DNA of 64,000 bases from Deinococcus sp. (GTDB lineage Bacteria; Deinococcota; Deinococci; Deinococcales; Deinococcaceae), in contig OZ253375.1 of the NCBI GenBank assembly GCA_965261005.1, positions 896,001-960,000 of the forward strand, written 5' to 3'. A program made the position numbers and the translations under genes. The notes below the pieces were generated by a model. The model made no database searches and was not told the origin of the DNA. It worked only from the letters and a program-made list of their open reading frames with translations. Of this stretch, positions 38,977 to 49,764 are shown one piece after another; within the stretch, counting starts at the first letter, position 1; every line of letters starts with the position of its first letter.

Positions 38977-40355
38977 ATTTTGGGCAGGGCGACCCAGAAG
39001 GTGGCCCCCTCGCCGGGCTTGCCCTCGGCCCAGACCCGCCCGCCGTGGCGGTGGACGATGCGCCGCACCAGGGCGAGGCCGACGCCGGTGCCCTCGTACT
39101 CGCGCTCGCTGTGCAGGCGCTGAAACACGTTGAAGAGGCGGTCCTTTTTGCGCATGTTGAAGCCGGCGCCGTTGTCCTGCACGCCGATCACGTGCTCGCG
39201 CTCGGTGTCCTTCGCGCGCACGCTCACGCGCGCCGGCGCCTTGTCGCGCGTGAACTTGTAGGCGTTGCCGATCAGGTTGGCGAAGACGGCTTGCAGCGCC
39301 ACGCTGTCGCCGTGAACGGTGGGCAGGGCGTCGCTACAAAACACCACCTCGCGGCCCTCCAACTCGGGCATCAAATCCTTGCGCACCTCGGCGACCACCT
39401 GAGCGAGGTTGATGTCGCGGAAGTGCACCTGTTGCTGGCCGCTGCGGAAAAAGTCCAGCAGCGCGCGCAAGAGCAGCTCCATGCGGTCCACCGAGTGCTC
39501 GACGTGCTGCACGTAGCGCTCCTGCTGAGCGTCCCGCGCCTCGAAGTGGCGGGTCAGCAGCTGCGTGAAGCCCCGGATGTGCCGCAGCGGCGTCAGCAAG
39601 TCGTGGGTCACGGAGTACACGAAGGTCTCCAACTCGTCGCTCAGCTCGCGGATGTGGCGGGTGCGCCGCTCGACCCGCTCCTCCAAGCTGGCATTCAGCC
39701 GCAGCACCTCCTCCTGCGCCGCGCGCTGCGGGGTGATGTCGGTGACGGTCAGACGGCACTCGGGCGTGCCGTCCGCGCCCCCGACCACGGCGCCCTCGAT
39801 CTGGGCGTACAACGCGGCGCCGCCCCCGCCCAGCAAGGGCAGCTCGACGGTATGTTTGTTTGCGGTGTGTTCGTTCACGGTATGTGCATTCAGGGGGCGC
39901 TTGGCTTGACCCGCCTCCGGCGTCTCGAACACGCGCCGCAAAAAGAGCGCGAAGCTGCTGACGCCCGCCGGCGCCACAAAGGTCGCGAAGCGCCGTCCCG
40001 GCAAACGGGCGCGCTCCACGCCCAACTGGGCGGCCAGCATCGCGTTGGCGCGCCCGATCAGGCCGTTCCGGTCGAGGGTGAGGTAGCCGACCGGCGCCCC
40101 GTCGAACAGCGAGGTATACTCCTCGCGCGCCCGTTCGAGTTCGAGGTTGGTTTGTATCAGCTGCTCGTTTTGCAGCTCCAACTCGATTTGGTGGACGTGC
40201 AACTCGTGGCGCTGCTCGACCAGTTGGCGCACCAACTCAACCACGTTGTTGGACACAATACCCTCGGGCAGCTCGGGCGCCCCATGTGGCTGGCCGTTCA
40301 GTTTGCGCTCGGCGCGCGAACGCAGCTGTGCATTGTACTCGTCACGGGTGTTCAA
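38958..40355 (-). CDS. Cytoplasmic PAS sensor histidine kinase
   Basis: H-box THDL.TPLR, NLIGNA.KF, DNGAGF, GTGVGL; TTG start after GGAGAG inferred. Confidence 0.9.
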   Translation of the reverse strand: MNTRDEYNAQLRSRAERKLNGQPHGAPELPEGIVSNNVVELVRQLVEQRHELHVHQIELELQNEQLIQTNLELERAREEYTSLFDGAPVGYLTLDRNGLIGRANAMLAAQLGVERARLPGRRFATFVAPAGVSSFALFLRRVFETPEAGQAKRPLNAHTVNEHTANKHTVELPLLGGGGAALYAQIEGAVVGGADGTPECRLTVTDITPQRAAQEEVLRLNASLEERVERRTRHIRELSDELETFVYSVTHDLLTPLRHIRGFTQLLTRHFEARDAQQERYVQHVEHSVDRMELLLRALLDFFRSGQQQVHFRDINLAQVVAEVRKDLMPELEGREVVFCSDALPTVHGDSVALQAVFANLIGNAYKFTRDKAPARVSVRAKDTEREHVIGVQDNGAGFNMRKKDRLFNVFQRLHSEREYEGTGVGLALVRRIVHRHGGRVWAEGKPGEGATFWVALPKMWRAED

Positions 40356-40589
40356 GGTCTCTCCAAAGCGCGAACAAACTCGAAGAGGAGTGAGCAGTTT
40401 GACGCGGCGTTTCCCCAAGCTAGCGCTCCCCGGCGCGCAGCTGACAGCTCATGAACGCTATCAAAAGGTAGCTTGCGCAAAAGGCGCTTGATCGCCGGTT
40501 TTTCGCCGCACAGGACGCTAGAGTTGCCCTGCGGACGCCCCATGTGCAGACCCACGCGCAGAGTTGCGGGGACCTCCGGTGGAGAGTTG

Positions 40590-43553
40590 ATGTCAGACGC
40601 GCACAATCCTGGAGAGCAGCACGGTCCCGAAGAGCGGCACACGCCCGACGAGCAACGTCTTGAACAACCCACCGCCTTGGTCGGCATCGGCGGGTCGGCG
40701 GGCGCCCTGGACGGTTACGAGCGCTTTTTCCTGAGCATGCCCCCCGACAGCGGCATGGCCTTTGTGGTGGTGCCGCACCTCGATCCCCGCCACAGCGGCC
40801 TGATGCCCGAAATCTTGCAGCGCTGCACCAACATGCCGGTGGTGGCCGTAAAGGACGGCATGGCGGCGCGCCCCAACCACGTCCACGTCATTCCGCCCAA
40901 TTGCAGCCTGAGCGTGATGAACGGCGCCCTGCTGCTCGACGACTTGGAGCGGGCGGGCGGCATGGTGATCGACGCCTTTTTCGAGAGCCTGGCCGCCGAC
41001 CAAGGCGAGCGCGCCGTGGGCGTGGTGCTGTCGGGCATGGGCAGCGACGGCACGCGCGGGGTGCAGGCCATCAAGGAGCGCTTCGGCTTGGTGCTGGTGC
41101 AGGACCCCGAGACGGCCGAGTACCCCGCCATGCCCAGAAGCGCCGCCGCCACCCAACTCGCCAACGACGTGCTGCCCGCCGAGGAATTGGCGCCACGGCT
41201 GTACGGCTTCGTAACGCGCCGCCCGCCCCTCTCGGAAGAGGACCTGACCGGCGAGGACGGGCAGGCCGGCGCGCCGCTGCAAAAAATTCTGCGCCTGGTG
41301 CGCCTGCGCACCGGCCACGACTTTTCGCGCTACAAGCGCAACACCCTCGTGCGGCGCATTGACCGGCGCATGAAGGGTGTGCGCGTCGAGGACGTGGCCG
41401 AGTACTTGCGCGTCCTACAAGACCAGCCGGAGGAAGTCGAGGCGCTGTTTCAGGACTTCACCATCAACGTCACCAGCTTTTTCCGTGACGTGGACGCCTT
41501 TGACGAGCTGAAAGAGCGGCTGCGCGCGTACATCTTGGAGCGCAAGCAGGACAGCGACACCTTCCGCACCTGGGTGGCGGGCTGCTCCACCGGGGAGGAG
41601 GCCTACTCGGTCGCCATCGTGCTGCACGAGTTGCTGGAGGAGCTGAGAGACGAGCGCGCCCTCAAGGTGCAAATTTTTGCCACCGACATTGACAAGGAGG
41701 CCGTGGAAAAGGCCCGCTACGGCTTTTACCCGCGCGACGTCGCCTACGTCGTATCCCCCGAGCGGCTGGCCCGCTTCTTCACCTACCGTGACGGCGGCTA
41801 CCAGGTGCGCCCAGAAATCCGCGACACGGTGGTCTTCGCCACCCACAACACCTTCGGCGATCCTCCCTTCACGCGGCTCGACTTGCTGTGCTGCCGCAAC
41901 ATGCTGATCTACCTGGGCGCCGAGTTGCAAAAGCAGGTGATGGCGCTGTTTCACTACGCGCTGCGCCCCGGCGGGCTGCTGTTTTTGGGCGCCAGCGAGA
42001 CGGTCGGCCAGGACCGCGAGCGCTTCGCGGCCCTCAGCCAGCGCTGGAAAATCTACGCGCGCGGCGACGGTCCCAGCGGTCCCCTGCCCCTCGGCAACCC
42101 GCTCGGCCCGAGCGGCGCGGTCACACCGCCCTTTGGCGCCCCGCCACAGGCCCGGCCCAGCGACGTGTCCATGCAGGCGCAGCAAGTCCTGCTGACCGAG
42201 TACGCCCCCGCCGCCGTGGTGGTGGACGAGCGCGGCGAGATCGTGTTCGTGAACGGCCGCACCGCCCGCTACCTAGAGCTGCCCAGCGGCAAGACCGCGA
42301 CCAACGTCTTCGAGATGGCGCAAGGCGACTTGCGCTACGCCTTGCCGGCCGTCGTGCGCCAAGCTGCGGCGGAGCGCCACGAGGTCCGGCGCGAGGGGCT
42401 GCGCGTCGAAGTGGACGGCGCCGCATCCCTGCTCGATTTGAACGTGCGGCCCCTTAGCGCGCAGGGCGCCGGCCTCCTCTTGATCGTGTTTCAGGAGCGC
42501 GCCAGTGAGGGCGGGCCAGCCCCCGAAAAGACTGACCAGGTGCTGACGCTGGAGCGCGAACTCCGGCACAACAAGGAATCCTTGCAGGCCAACATCGAGG
42601 AGATGGCCGTCTCGATGGAGGAACTCAAGAGCACCAACGAGGAGCTTCAGACCACCAACGAGGAGTTGCAGAGCAGCAACGAGGAGCTGACCACCTCCAA
42701 AGAGGAGTTACAGTCCCTCAACGAAGAGCTGATCACCATCAACGCCGAACACCAGCGGGTGATCTTTGATCTCGCGCAGGCCAACGACGACATGAAGAAT
42801 TTGCTCGACAGCGCCGGCATCGCCACGGTGTTTCTCGGCAACGACCTCACCATCAAGCGCTTCACGCCGCGCATCACCCGCGTGATCAATTTGATGCCGG
42901 TGGACGTCGGGCGCCCCTTGAGCGACCTCAGCGTGAACTTGCGCTACGACCACCTCGCTCAGGACATCGCCCGCGTGCTGGACACCTTGGAGACCTTCGA
43001 GACGCAGGTTCTCACCCACGACGGCCAATGGTACCTGATGCGGGTCAGCCCCTACCGCACCTCGGACAACTTCATCGACGGCGTGGTGGTGAGCTTCACC
43101 AACATCGACTTGGTCAAGTCGCTCGAACAGCAGCTGCGCGAATCGCTCACCTACGCCGAGGCCATTCTGAACAGCCTGCCCGACCCGGTGCTGGTCCTCG
43201 ACGCCCACCTGCGGGTCGTGACGGTCAACCGCGCCCTGTGCGAGCTGCTGGACACCTCGGCGGCGCGGGTGAAGGGCGAGCGTCTCTACGACATCGGCAA
43301 CTTCGCCTTCGACCTGCCGGAGTTGCAAGGCCGCCTGCGCGACGTGGTCGCCACCGAGGAGGCGCTGGGCAACTACGTCATTGACCTGAGCGCGCCGGGC
43401 GGGGCCACGCGCAAGATGAAGGTCGAGGCCGACCCCCTGATCAGCAACGACGGCGAGAGCGCCCTCTTCCTGTTCAAGATGGAGGACGTGACCGAGCTGC
43501 TGGAGCGCGCCGCGAGCGAGGGAGCCGACCTTGAGGGGGACGGACCCGCTTAA
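40590..43553 (+). CDS. CheB-CheR fusion with coiled coil and PAS domains
   Basis: CheB GGSAG/GMGSDG; CheR GCSTGEEAYS, ATDID, CRN.LIY; NEEL heptads; PAS domains. Confidence 0.9.
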   Translation: MSDAHNPGEQHGPEERHTPDEQRLEQPTALVGIGGSAGALDGYERFFLSMPPDSGMAFVVVPHLDPRHSGLMPEILQRCTNMPVVAVKDGMAARPNHVHVIPPNCSLSVMNGALLLDDLERAGGMVIDAFFESLAADQGERAVGVVLSGMGSDGTRGVQAIKERFGLVLVQDPETAEYPAMPRSAAATQLANDVLPAEELAPRLYGFVTRRPPLSEEDLTGEDGQAGAPLQKILRLVRLRTGHDFSRYKRNTLVRRIDRRMKGVRVEDVAEYLRVLQDQPEEVEALFQDFTINVTSFFRDVDAFDELKERLRAYILERKQDSDTFRTWVAGCSTGEEAYSVAIVLHELLEELRDERALKVQIFATDIDKEAVEKARYGFYPRDVAYVVSPERLARFFTYRDGGYQVRPEIRDTVVFATHNTFGDPPFTRLDLLCCRNMLIYLGAELQKQVMALFHYALRPGGLLFLGASETVGQDRERFAALSQRWKIYARGDGPSGPLPLGNPLGPSGAVTPPFGAPPQARPSDVSMQAQQVLLTEYAPAAVVVDERGEIVFVNGRTARYLELPSGKTATNVFEMAQGDLRYALPAVVRQAAAERHEVRREGLRVEVDGAASLLDLNVRPLSAQGAGLLLIVFQERASEGGPAPEKTDQVLTLERELRHNKESLQANIEEMAVSMEELKSTNEELQTTNEELQSSNEELTTSKEELQSLNEELITINAEHQRVIFDLAQANDDMKNLLDSAGIATVFLGNDLTIKRFTPRITRVINLMPVDVGRPLSDLSVNLRYDHLAQDIARVLDTLETFETQVLTHDGQWYLMRVSPYRTSDNFIDGVVVSFTNIDLVKSLEQQLRESLTYAEAILNSLPDPVLVLDAHLRVVTVNRALCELLDTSAARVKGERLYDIGNFAFDLPELQGRLRDVVATEEALGNYVIDLSAPGGATRKMKVEADPLISNDGESALFLFKMEDVTELLERAASEGADLEGDGPA

Positions 43554-44578
43554 AACAGCGGTTTGATTGGGTCCGGCTCCAAGGAATCCTGGGTAAAGGC
43601 GAGGTTGTGAATGACGTTGGCGCGCTGCTCCACCTGCTGCACCCGGACGAGCAGGTCGTCGAGTTGGGTCGCGCTCAGCTGGCCCGCCTGCGCGCCGAGC
43701 TGTTGCAGCAAGACGATGCCCTCCTCCATCGCCCGCAGGGTCTGGTACAGCTTGTTCTCGATGGACTCCGAGATGGCCGCGAGCAAGCTGGGCGTGTTAA
43801 AGGCGTGGCCGGTGTGACAGCGGTAGCGGGTCTGGTTGCCCTCTTTGAACTCCACCAAAACGCCTTGGCAGTCCGGGCAGGTGTAGGGAGAAAAGCCGCC
43901 CAAACGCCGCACGGTCATGGGCGTCGCCGGGCCGCGCGCCGCGATGCTCACCTCGATCTCCAGCCGCTCGCGCTCCGCGTCGCTTATCATCTCCGGCGCG
44001 GCGGGGACCGCGCTGTTCACCAGCCTTTCGAGCAGCGGCCCCATCTCGCCCACCCGGATTTGATAATCCACCGCGACCTGCTCTGTGGCGTGCCTGGGCA
44101 TCGGGTCGAAGGCCGCCTCGCTCAGGTCCTGCACGATGGCGACGCCGCCGAGGCGCTTGACGGTCCACAACCCGGAGGTGCCGTCGTCCAGCACCCCCGA
44201 CAGCACCACCCCGATCACCTGCGGCGCGTGGGTGTAGGCCGCCGAGCGAAACAGGGCGTCCACGGCGGGCCGAAAGCGGTTCTCCTTGGGTCCCTTGGTC
44301 ACGGCCAGCCGGTCGCCGTCCACCAGCAGGTGATGGTCGGGCGGCGCGACGTAGATTCGGCCCGGCCGAATGACCTCCCCGTCCCGCGCGTGCTGAGCTG
44401 GCAGCGGCCCGGCCTTGCTCAGAATCTCGGGCAAAGCGCTGGGGCTTTGGGCCTGCAAGTGCAGCACCACGCACAGCGCCCCGGCAAAATCGTGGGGCAG
44501 GCCCGCGACCAGGCCCTGAAGCGCTTCGATGCCACCGGCCGAGGCGCCCACCACCACGATTGGAAATTGTGTCTTCAT
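43550..44578 (-). CDS. Second stand-alone CheB-type methylesterase with C-terminal Cys/His domain
   Basis: GASAGG, VLH, RPAVD.LF, GVLDDG; YTCPDCQG..RYRCHTGH. Confidence 0.85.
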   Translation of the reverse strand: MKTQFPIVVVGASAGGIEALQGLVAGLPHDFAGALCVVLHLQAQSPSALPEILSKAGPLPAQHARDGEVIRPGRIYVAPPDHHLLVDGDRLAVTKGPKENRFRPAVDALFRSAAYTHAPQVIGVVLSGVLDDGTSGLWTVKRLGGVAIVQDLSEAAFDPMPRHATEQVAVDYQIRVGEMGPLLERLVNSAVPAAPEMISDAERERLEIEVSIAARGPATPMTVRRLGGFSPYTCPDCQGVLVEFKEGNQTRYRCHTGHAFNTPSLLAAISESIENKLYQTLRAMEEGIVLLQQLGAQAGQLSATQLDDLLVRVQQVEQRANVIHNLAFTQDSLEPDPIKPLF

Positions 44579-44666
44579 CCCTTATTATGGCGCATCGGGC
44601 GGCGGGGAAATGGTCGGGGGTGGGGAACGCAGGGCGCGTGTAGGCCGCTTCGTTCACCCCCCTCCC

Positions 44667-45906
<1,240 letters not shown>

Positions 45907-45956
45907 CCCTCAAGCATACCCGGCGTGTTGCGCGGGCGCGCCGTGAAGCTCAATAG

Positions 45957-46237
45957 GGGGTGCATCTCAGATAAGTGAGAAGGAAAGGCTTGATGACTAG
46001 GGCAAGCGCAAAGTCCTGAAACGAGGGCAAAATTGCACCCAGAACTCCTCCCCCCCTTGCGGGGGGAGGTTGGGAGGGGGGGTCAACGAGCCGGCCCACA
46101 CGCACGCCGCGTTACCCCCCTCCCCGACCCTCCCTTCGGGGTGCTTCGCGCTCCCCCGCAAGGGGGGAGGGAGAAAAGATCAAGCGCTGACTTTGCGGTT
46201 GCCCTGCTCATCTTCCCACTCTTCAGGGATGCACCCC
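45957..46237. mobile_element. MITE-like element with an internal REP-like stem-loop
   Basis: Degenerate terminal IRs GGGGTGCATC(T/C)C.G..AGTG.GAAG at both ends; internal CTCCCCCCTTGCGGGGG inverted pair at 46045-46173. Confidence 0.55.
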
Positions 46238-47140
46238 TCAACGGGCCAAGGAGGTCTCAAAGAGCGCCGCATTCATCCTGACCCAGCTCTCCAGCGTGGT
46301 CTGCTCGATGGGGAGCGCCCGCAGTACAGCGCTCATGTTCACCACCTGAGCGTCCAGCGGCGCGGCCTCTCCGGCCCTGGCCCCCGCCGTAAAGGCCGCC
46401 TCGGCCTCCGGCCCCAGCATGGCGCCCATGATCTTGCCAAAGGCTTCCGGGCTGACGGTCTCGAAGCGGACGGCGCGGCCCAGGCCGGCGGAAAAGCTGC
46501 GGGCGATGTCGGCTCCCTTGAGCGCCTCTGGCCCGCCCACGTCGTAGGCCTGACCGGCCAACTCCGGGCGCCCCAGCGCCGCCACCGCCAAGCGGCCCAA
46601 GTCTTCGGCGGCGATCCAGGAGGTGGGGCGGCGCTCGTCAATTGGGAAGGCCACCACGTTTTCCCGCTGAAGACGCTCAACGATCCAGGGGGCCAGGAAG
46701 TTCTCCATGTAAGAGGTGGGGCGCAGGATGATGTTCGGCAGCCCGCTCTCGCGCAGCATCCGCTCGACGTGAATCCGGAAGTCCATCATGGGGGCGCCGG
46801 TCTCTTCCTCGGGGGTCAGGCCGCTGGTGTTCAACACCAGCAGCTCGACGCCAGCCTCGCGCGCCGCCTGAATGGCGTTCTGAGCGTATTCCAAGGGGTT
46901 GCCGCCGCCCGTCGAGGGCAACATCAGGAACACCTTGTTCACCCCGTGAGTCGCTTGCCGCACGCTTTCCAGATCGGCCAGGTCGCCCTGAACCAGCTCG
47001 GCGCCGGCCCGCTGCAAGGCCCGGTTCTTGTCGAGGTTCTTGACCAGCGCTCTGACTTGGTAGCCTTGCCGGAGCAAATTCTGGGCCACTGGGGCGCCTT
47101 GCGCGCCGCCCGCGCCATACGTTAAGACCAGTTCACTCAT
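46238..47140 (-). CDS. NmrA-like NAD(P)-binding protein
   Basis: YGAGGAQG, GDL.D, LRP..YMEN, D.G; start MSELVL. Confidence 0.85.
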   Translation of the reverse strand: MSELVLTYGAGGAQGAPVAQNLLRQGYQVRALVKNLDKNRALQRAGAELVQGDLADLESVRQATHGVNKVFLMLPSTGGGNPLEYAQNAIQAAREAGVELLVLNTSGLTPEEETGAPMMDFRIHVERMLRESGLPNIILRPTSYMENFLAPWIVERLQRENVVAFPIDERRPTSWIAAEDLGRLAVAALGRPELAGQAYDVGGPEALKGADIARSFSAGLGRAVRFETVSPEAFGKIMGAMLGPEAEAAFTAGARAGEAAPLDAQVVNMSAVLRALPIEQTTLESWVRMNAALFETSLAR

Positions 47141-47228
47141 CGCGCGCTCCTTGAGAATTCGGCGTGCCCGTAGTGCCGGCGGTAAAGGGTAAGACCGCCC
47201 GACACCAGGCCCGTTCAGCCAGGCCCGT

Positions 47229-48317
47229 TCAGGACGTCGTGGCCAGCACCGGATAGTCGGTGTAGCCCTGGGGACCCTCGCCGTACATGGTGGATTGGTC
47301 AGGCGTGTTGAGCGGGGTGTCCTCGCGGTAACGCTCAACTAGATCGGGGTTGGCGAGGAACGGCACGCCGAACGACACCAGATCGGCGGTGCCCGCTGCT
47401 AGGGCGGCATTGCCCTTAGCTTTGTCGAAGCCGCCATTGGCGATCAGGGGCACGGAGATCAGGGGGCGGAAGGTCTCGGCAACGTGTTCGACCTGCACGG
47501 TGCCGGTCTGGAGGTCGCCCGCGTTCGGCTCCATCAGGTGCAGGTAGCCCACCCGCATCGCGTCAAGCTGGGCGATGACGTAACCAAAGGTCTCGCGCGT
47601 GTCGCTGTCGAACATGCCGCCAAAGCGGTTTGAGGGCGACAGCTTGACGCCAACCCGTCCTGACCCCCAAACGCCGATCATGGCCTCGACGACTTGCAGC
47701 AAAAAACGGGCGCGGTTCTGCACCGAGCCGCCGTACTCGTCGGCGCGCTTGTTGGTGCCGTCTTGCAGGAATTGGTCGGGCAGGTAGCCGAAGGCGCCGT
47801 GCAGCTCCACGCCGTCGAAGCCGGCCTCTTGAGCGTTCTGGGCGGCCCGGCCGAAGTCCTCGACGATGCCGGCAATCTCGGACGTTTCCAAGGCGCGCGG
47901 CACGGGGTAGCTGGCCGGACCCGCCGGCAGGTAGGACTGACCCTCAGCGGCGATGGCCGAGGGCGCGACCGGCAGTTCACCGCCCCGGATGTCCGGGTGC
48001 GACGCCCGTCCAGCGTGCCAAAGCTGGTTGTAAATGCGTCCGCCGGCGGCATGCACGGCGTCCGTGATCATGCGCCAGCCGTCCACCTGGTCTTGGCGGT
48101 GTAAACCGGGCGCGCGGATAATGCCGTGCCCTTGATCGGAGACCTGGGTACACTCGGTAACGATCAGCCCGGCGGACGCCCGCTGCACGTAGTAGTCGCG
48201 CATCAGCTCGGTGGGCACGCCGTCTTCCGTGGCGCGGGTGCGGGTCATGGGGGCCATCACCATCCGGTTGGGCAGCGAGAGGCCGTGCAGGTCAAAGGGG
48301 TCAAAGAGGGTGGTCAT
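47229..48317 (-). CDS. Old yellow enzyme family alkene reductase (NemA-like)
   Basis: MAPMTR, QLWH.GR, GFDGVELHGA.GYL, R.D.YGGS..NR, ANPDL. Confidence 0.92.
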   Translation of the reverse strand: MTTLFDPFDLHGLSLPNRMVMAPMTRTRATEDGVPTELMRDYYVQRASAGLIVTECTQVSDQGHGIIRAPGLHRQDQVDGWRMITDAVHAAGGRIYNQLWHAGRASHPDIRGGELPVAPSAIAAEGQSYLPAGPASYPVPRALETSEIAGIVEDFGRAAQNAQEAGFDGVELHGAFGYLPDQFLQDGTNKRADEYGGSVQNRARFLLQVVEAMIGVWGSGRVGVKLSPSNRFGGMFDSDTRETFGYVIAQLDAMRVGYLHLMEPNAGDLQTGTVQVEHVAETFRPLISVPLIANGGFDKAKGNAALAAGTADLVSFGVPFLANPDLVERYREDTPLNTPDQSTMYGEGPQGYTDYPVLATTS

Positions 48318-48433
48318 AAAAACTCCTGTGGGGCGCTTGGGAAGGTGTTATCAGCACTGCAAAGCCGAAACCGGGCATTCCGGAAAGAAGGCTCGCGGAC
48401 GGCAGCAGTTGCCCGAGTGGCCCTTCGGCCAGC

Positions 48434-48940
48434 TTATTTCACGCCCTGCTCGGCCTGAAAGCGGGCGGCGGCCAAGCCAAAGAGATCCATGTTCCCTTCG
48501 GTCCAGCTGACGTGCTGCGTGAGGCTTTCGATGCGCCAACCGTCCGGCGTGCGCAGCATGTGGTTGGTGTACGAACCGCGCATCAAGACGAGGTCGCCGC
48601 CTTCGGCACCGGCCAGGTAGTGCTGCGCGTACATGTACGAGGTGCAGATAGCCCGGTCCGGGTCGGTGGCGCTGAACTCAATGACGTGGTTGGGGCTGAG
48701 GTGCTGACGCGCTGTAAAGCCGCCCAGACTGTTGCGGCTAAAGCCGACGAACTCGTCGCGCGGAAAGTCCCGGGCGGGCATTCCCGCTTCGGAAAAGTTG
48801 ATATGAACGGGGTCCGTGAGACACGAGGCGAACAAGTCCCAGTCGGCGCGGTCAACAGCCATAGCGTATTTGATGACCCGTTCGCTGATGGCGTTGCGGT
48901 CTTCGAGCTGCTGAATTCGGGCGGCAAGATCAGTGGTCAT
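48434..48940 (-). CDS. SnoaL/NTF2-like protein
   Basis: LEDR..I......Y..AVD..DW, QH, G.Y......DGWRI. Confidence 0.85.
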   Translation of the reverse strand: MTTDLAARIQQLEDRNAISERVIKYAMAVDRADWDLFASCLTDPVHINFSEAGMPARDFPRDEFVGFSRNSLGGFTARQHLSPNHVIEFSATDPDRAICTSYMYAQHYLAGAEGGDLVLMRGSYTNHMLRTPDGWRIESLTQHVSWTEGNMDLFGLAAARFQAEQGVK

Positions 48941-49098
48941 GGATTTCCTTTCAGAGCAGGGGGGCAGGCGAAATGCCCCGTCAGGTGTGGGTAGGCACTT
49001 TTATCAGGCGGCAACAACGATCAGGCGATAACAGAGGGGCGGCGGTGGGGCGGTGCTGCGGGCGCCTCCCCCTCATGCCGTCGAGCATAAACCATCAG

Positions 49099-49131
49099 CT
49101 TCCTTGTGGGAAGGACATACCTTCAGGTAAG
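49099..49131. promoter_or_regulatory. Putative HxlR-family operator pair
   Basis: Adjacent imperfect palindromes CTTCC-N5-GGAAG and CATACC-N4-GGTAAG between divergent genes. Confidence 0.45.
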
Positions 49132-49139
49132 CTGCTTTC

Positions 49140-49604
49140 ATGACCGAGTCCCCGCCTCAGCACGATCAGGCCCTGTTCGCTTCCGACACCTTCGACCGGG
49201 ATTGCCCGGGCCGCGCCATCATGGATCAAGTCAGCAACCGTTGGGCCGCCCTGATCCTGGCCGCGCTGGCGGGCAGACCCTACCGCTTCTCCGCGCTGCA
49301 CGCGAAAATCGGCGGCATCAGCGAGAAGATGCTGTCCCAGAACCTCAAGACCCTGGTGCGCACCGGCTTGGTGGAACGCTGGGTCGAACCGACGGTGCCG
49401 CCGCAGGTCACGTACACCCTCAGCCAACTCGGCCGGGACCTCACGGGGCCACTTTCCGCCCTGATGCAGTGGATCAGCGTTCACACCGACGAACTGCTGG
49501 CCGCCCAGGCTCGCCATGACGCCGCATCCGAACAGGTAGCGGCGGGCGGTGCCGCGACCACCGTGCGCGCAGCCAGCCATACGCCAACCGGCCAGCCGAG
49601 CTGA
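49140..49604 (+). CDS. HxlR family winged-helix regulator
   Basis: CP....D....RW, RFS.L...I.GISEKML.Q.L, PPQV.Y.LS..G. Confidence 0.9.
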   Translation: MTESPPQHDQALFASDTFDRDCPGRAIMDQVSNRWAALILAALAGRPYRFSALHAKIGGISEKMLSQNLKTLVRTGLVERWVEPTVPPQVTYTLSQLGRDLTGPLSALMQWISVHTDELLAAQARHDAASEQVAAGGAATTVRAASHTPTGQPS

Positions 49605-49764
49605 GTGGACGGCTCCGCGCGGCGGTGGGAGGGCGGCGCGGTGGCTCAGGAAAGCCGTAAAGCCGTACGCGAAGCGGCTTCCCTGGAAACCAGACAGTTC
49701 GTTCCGCTCGGAAAGTATTGACAAGAACACCCCCTACTGCCGGCAAATGCTTTAAAACAGGCGA

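Noticed and set aside
37903..44578. Chemotaxis operon
   Set aside because: No cheA, cheW, cheY, MCP or flagellar genes; CheB proteins lack receiver domains
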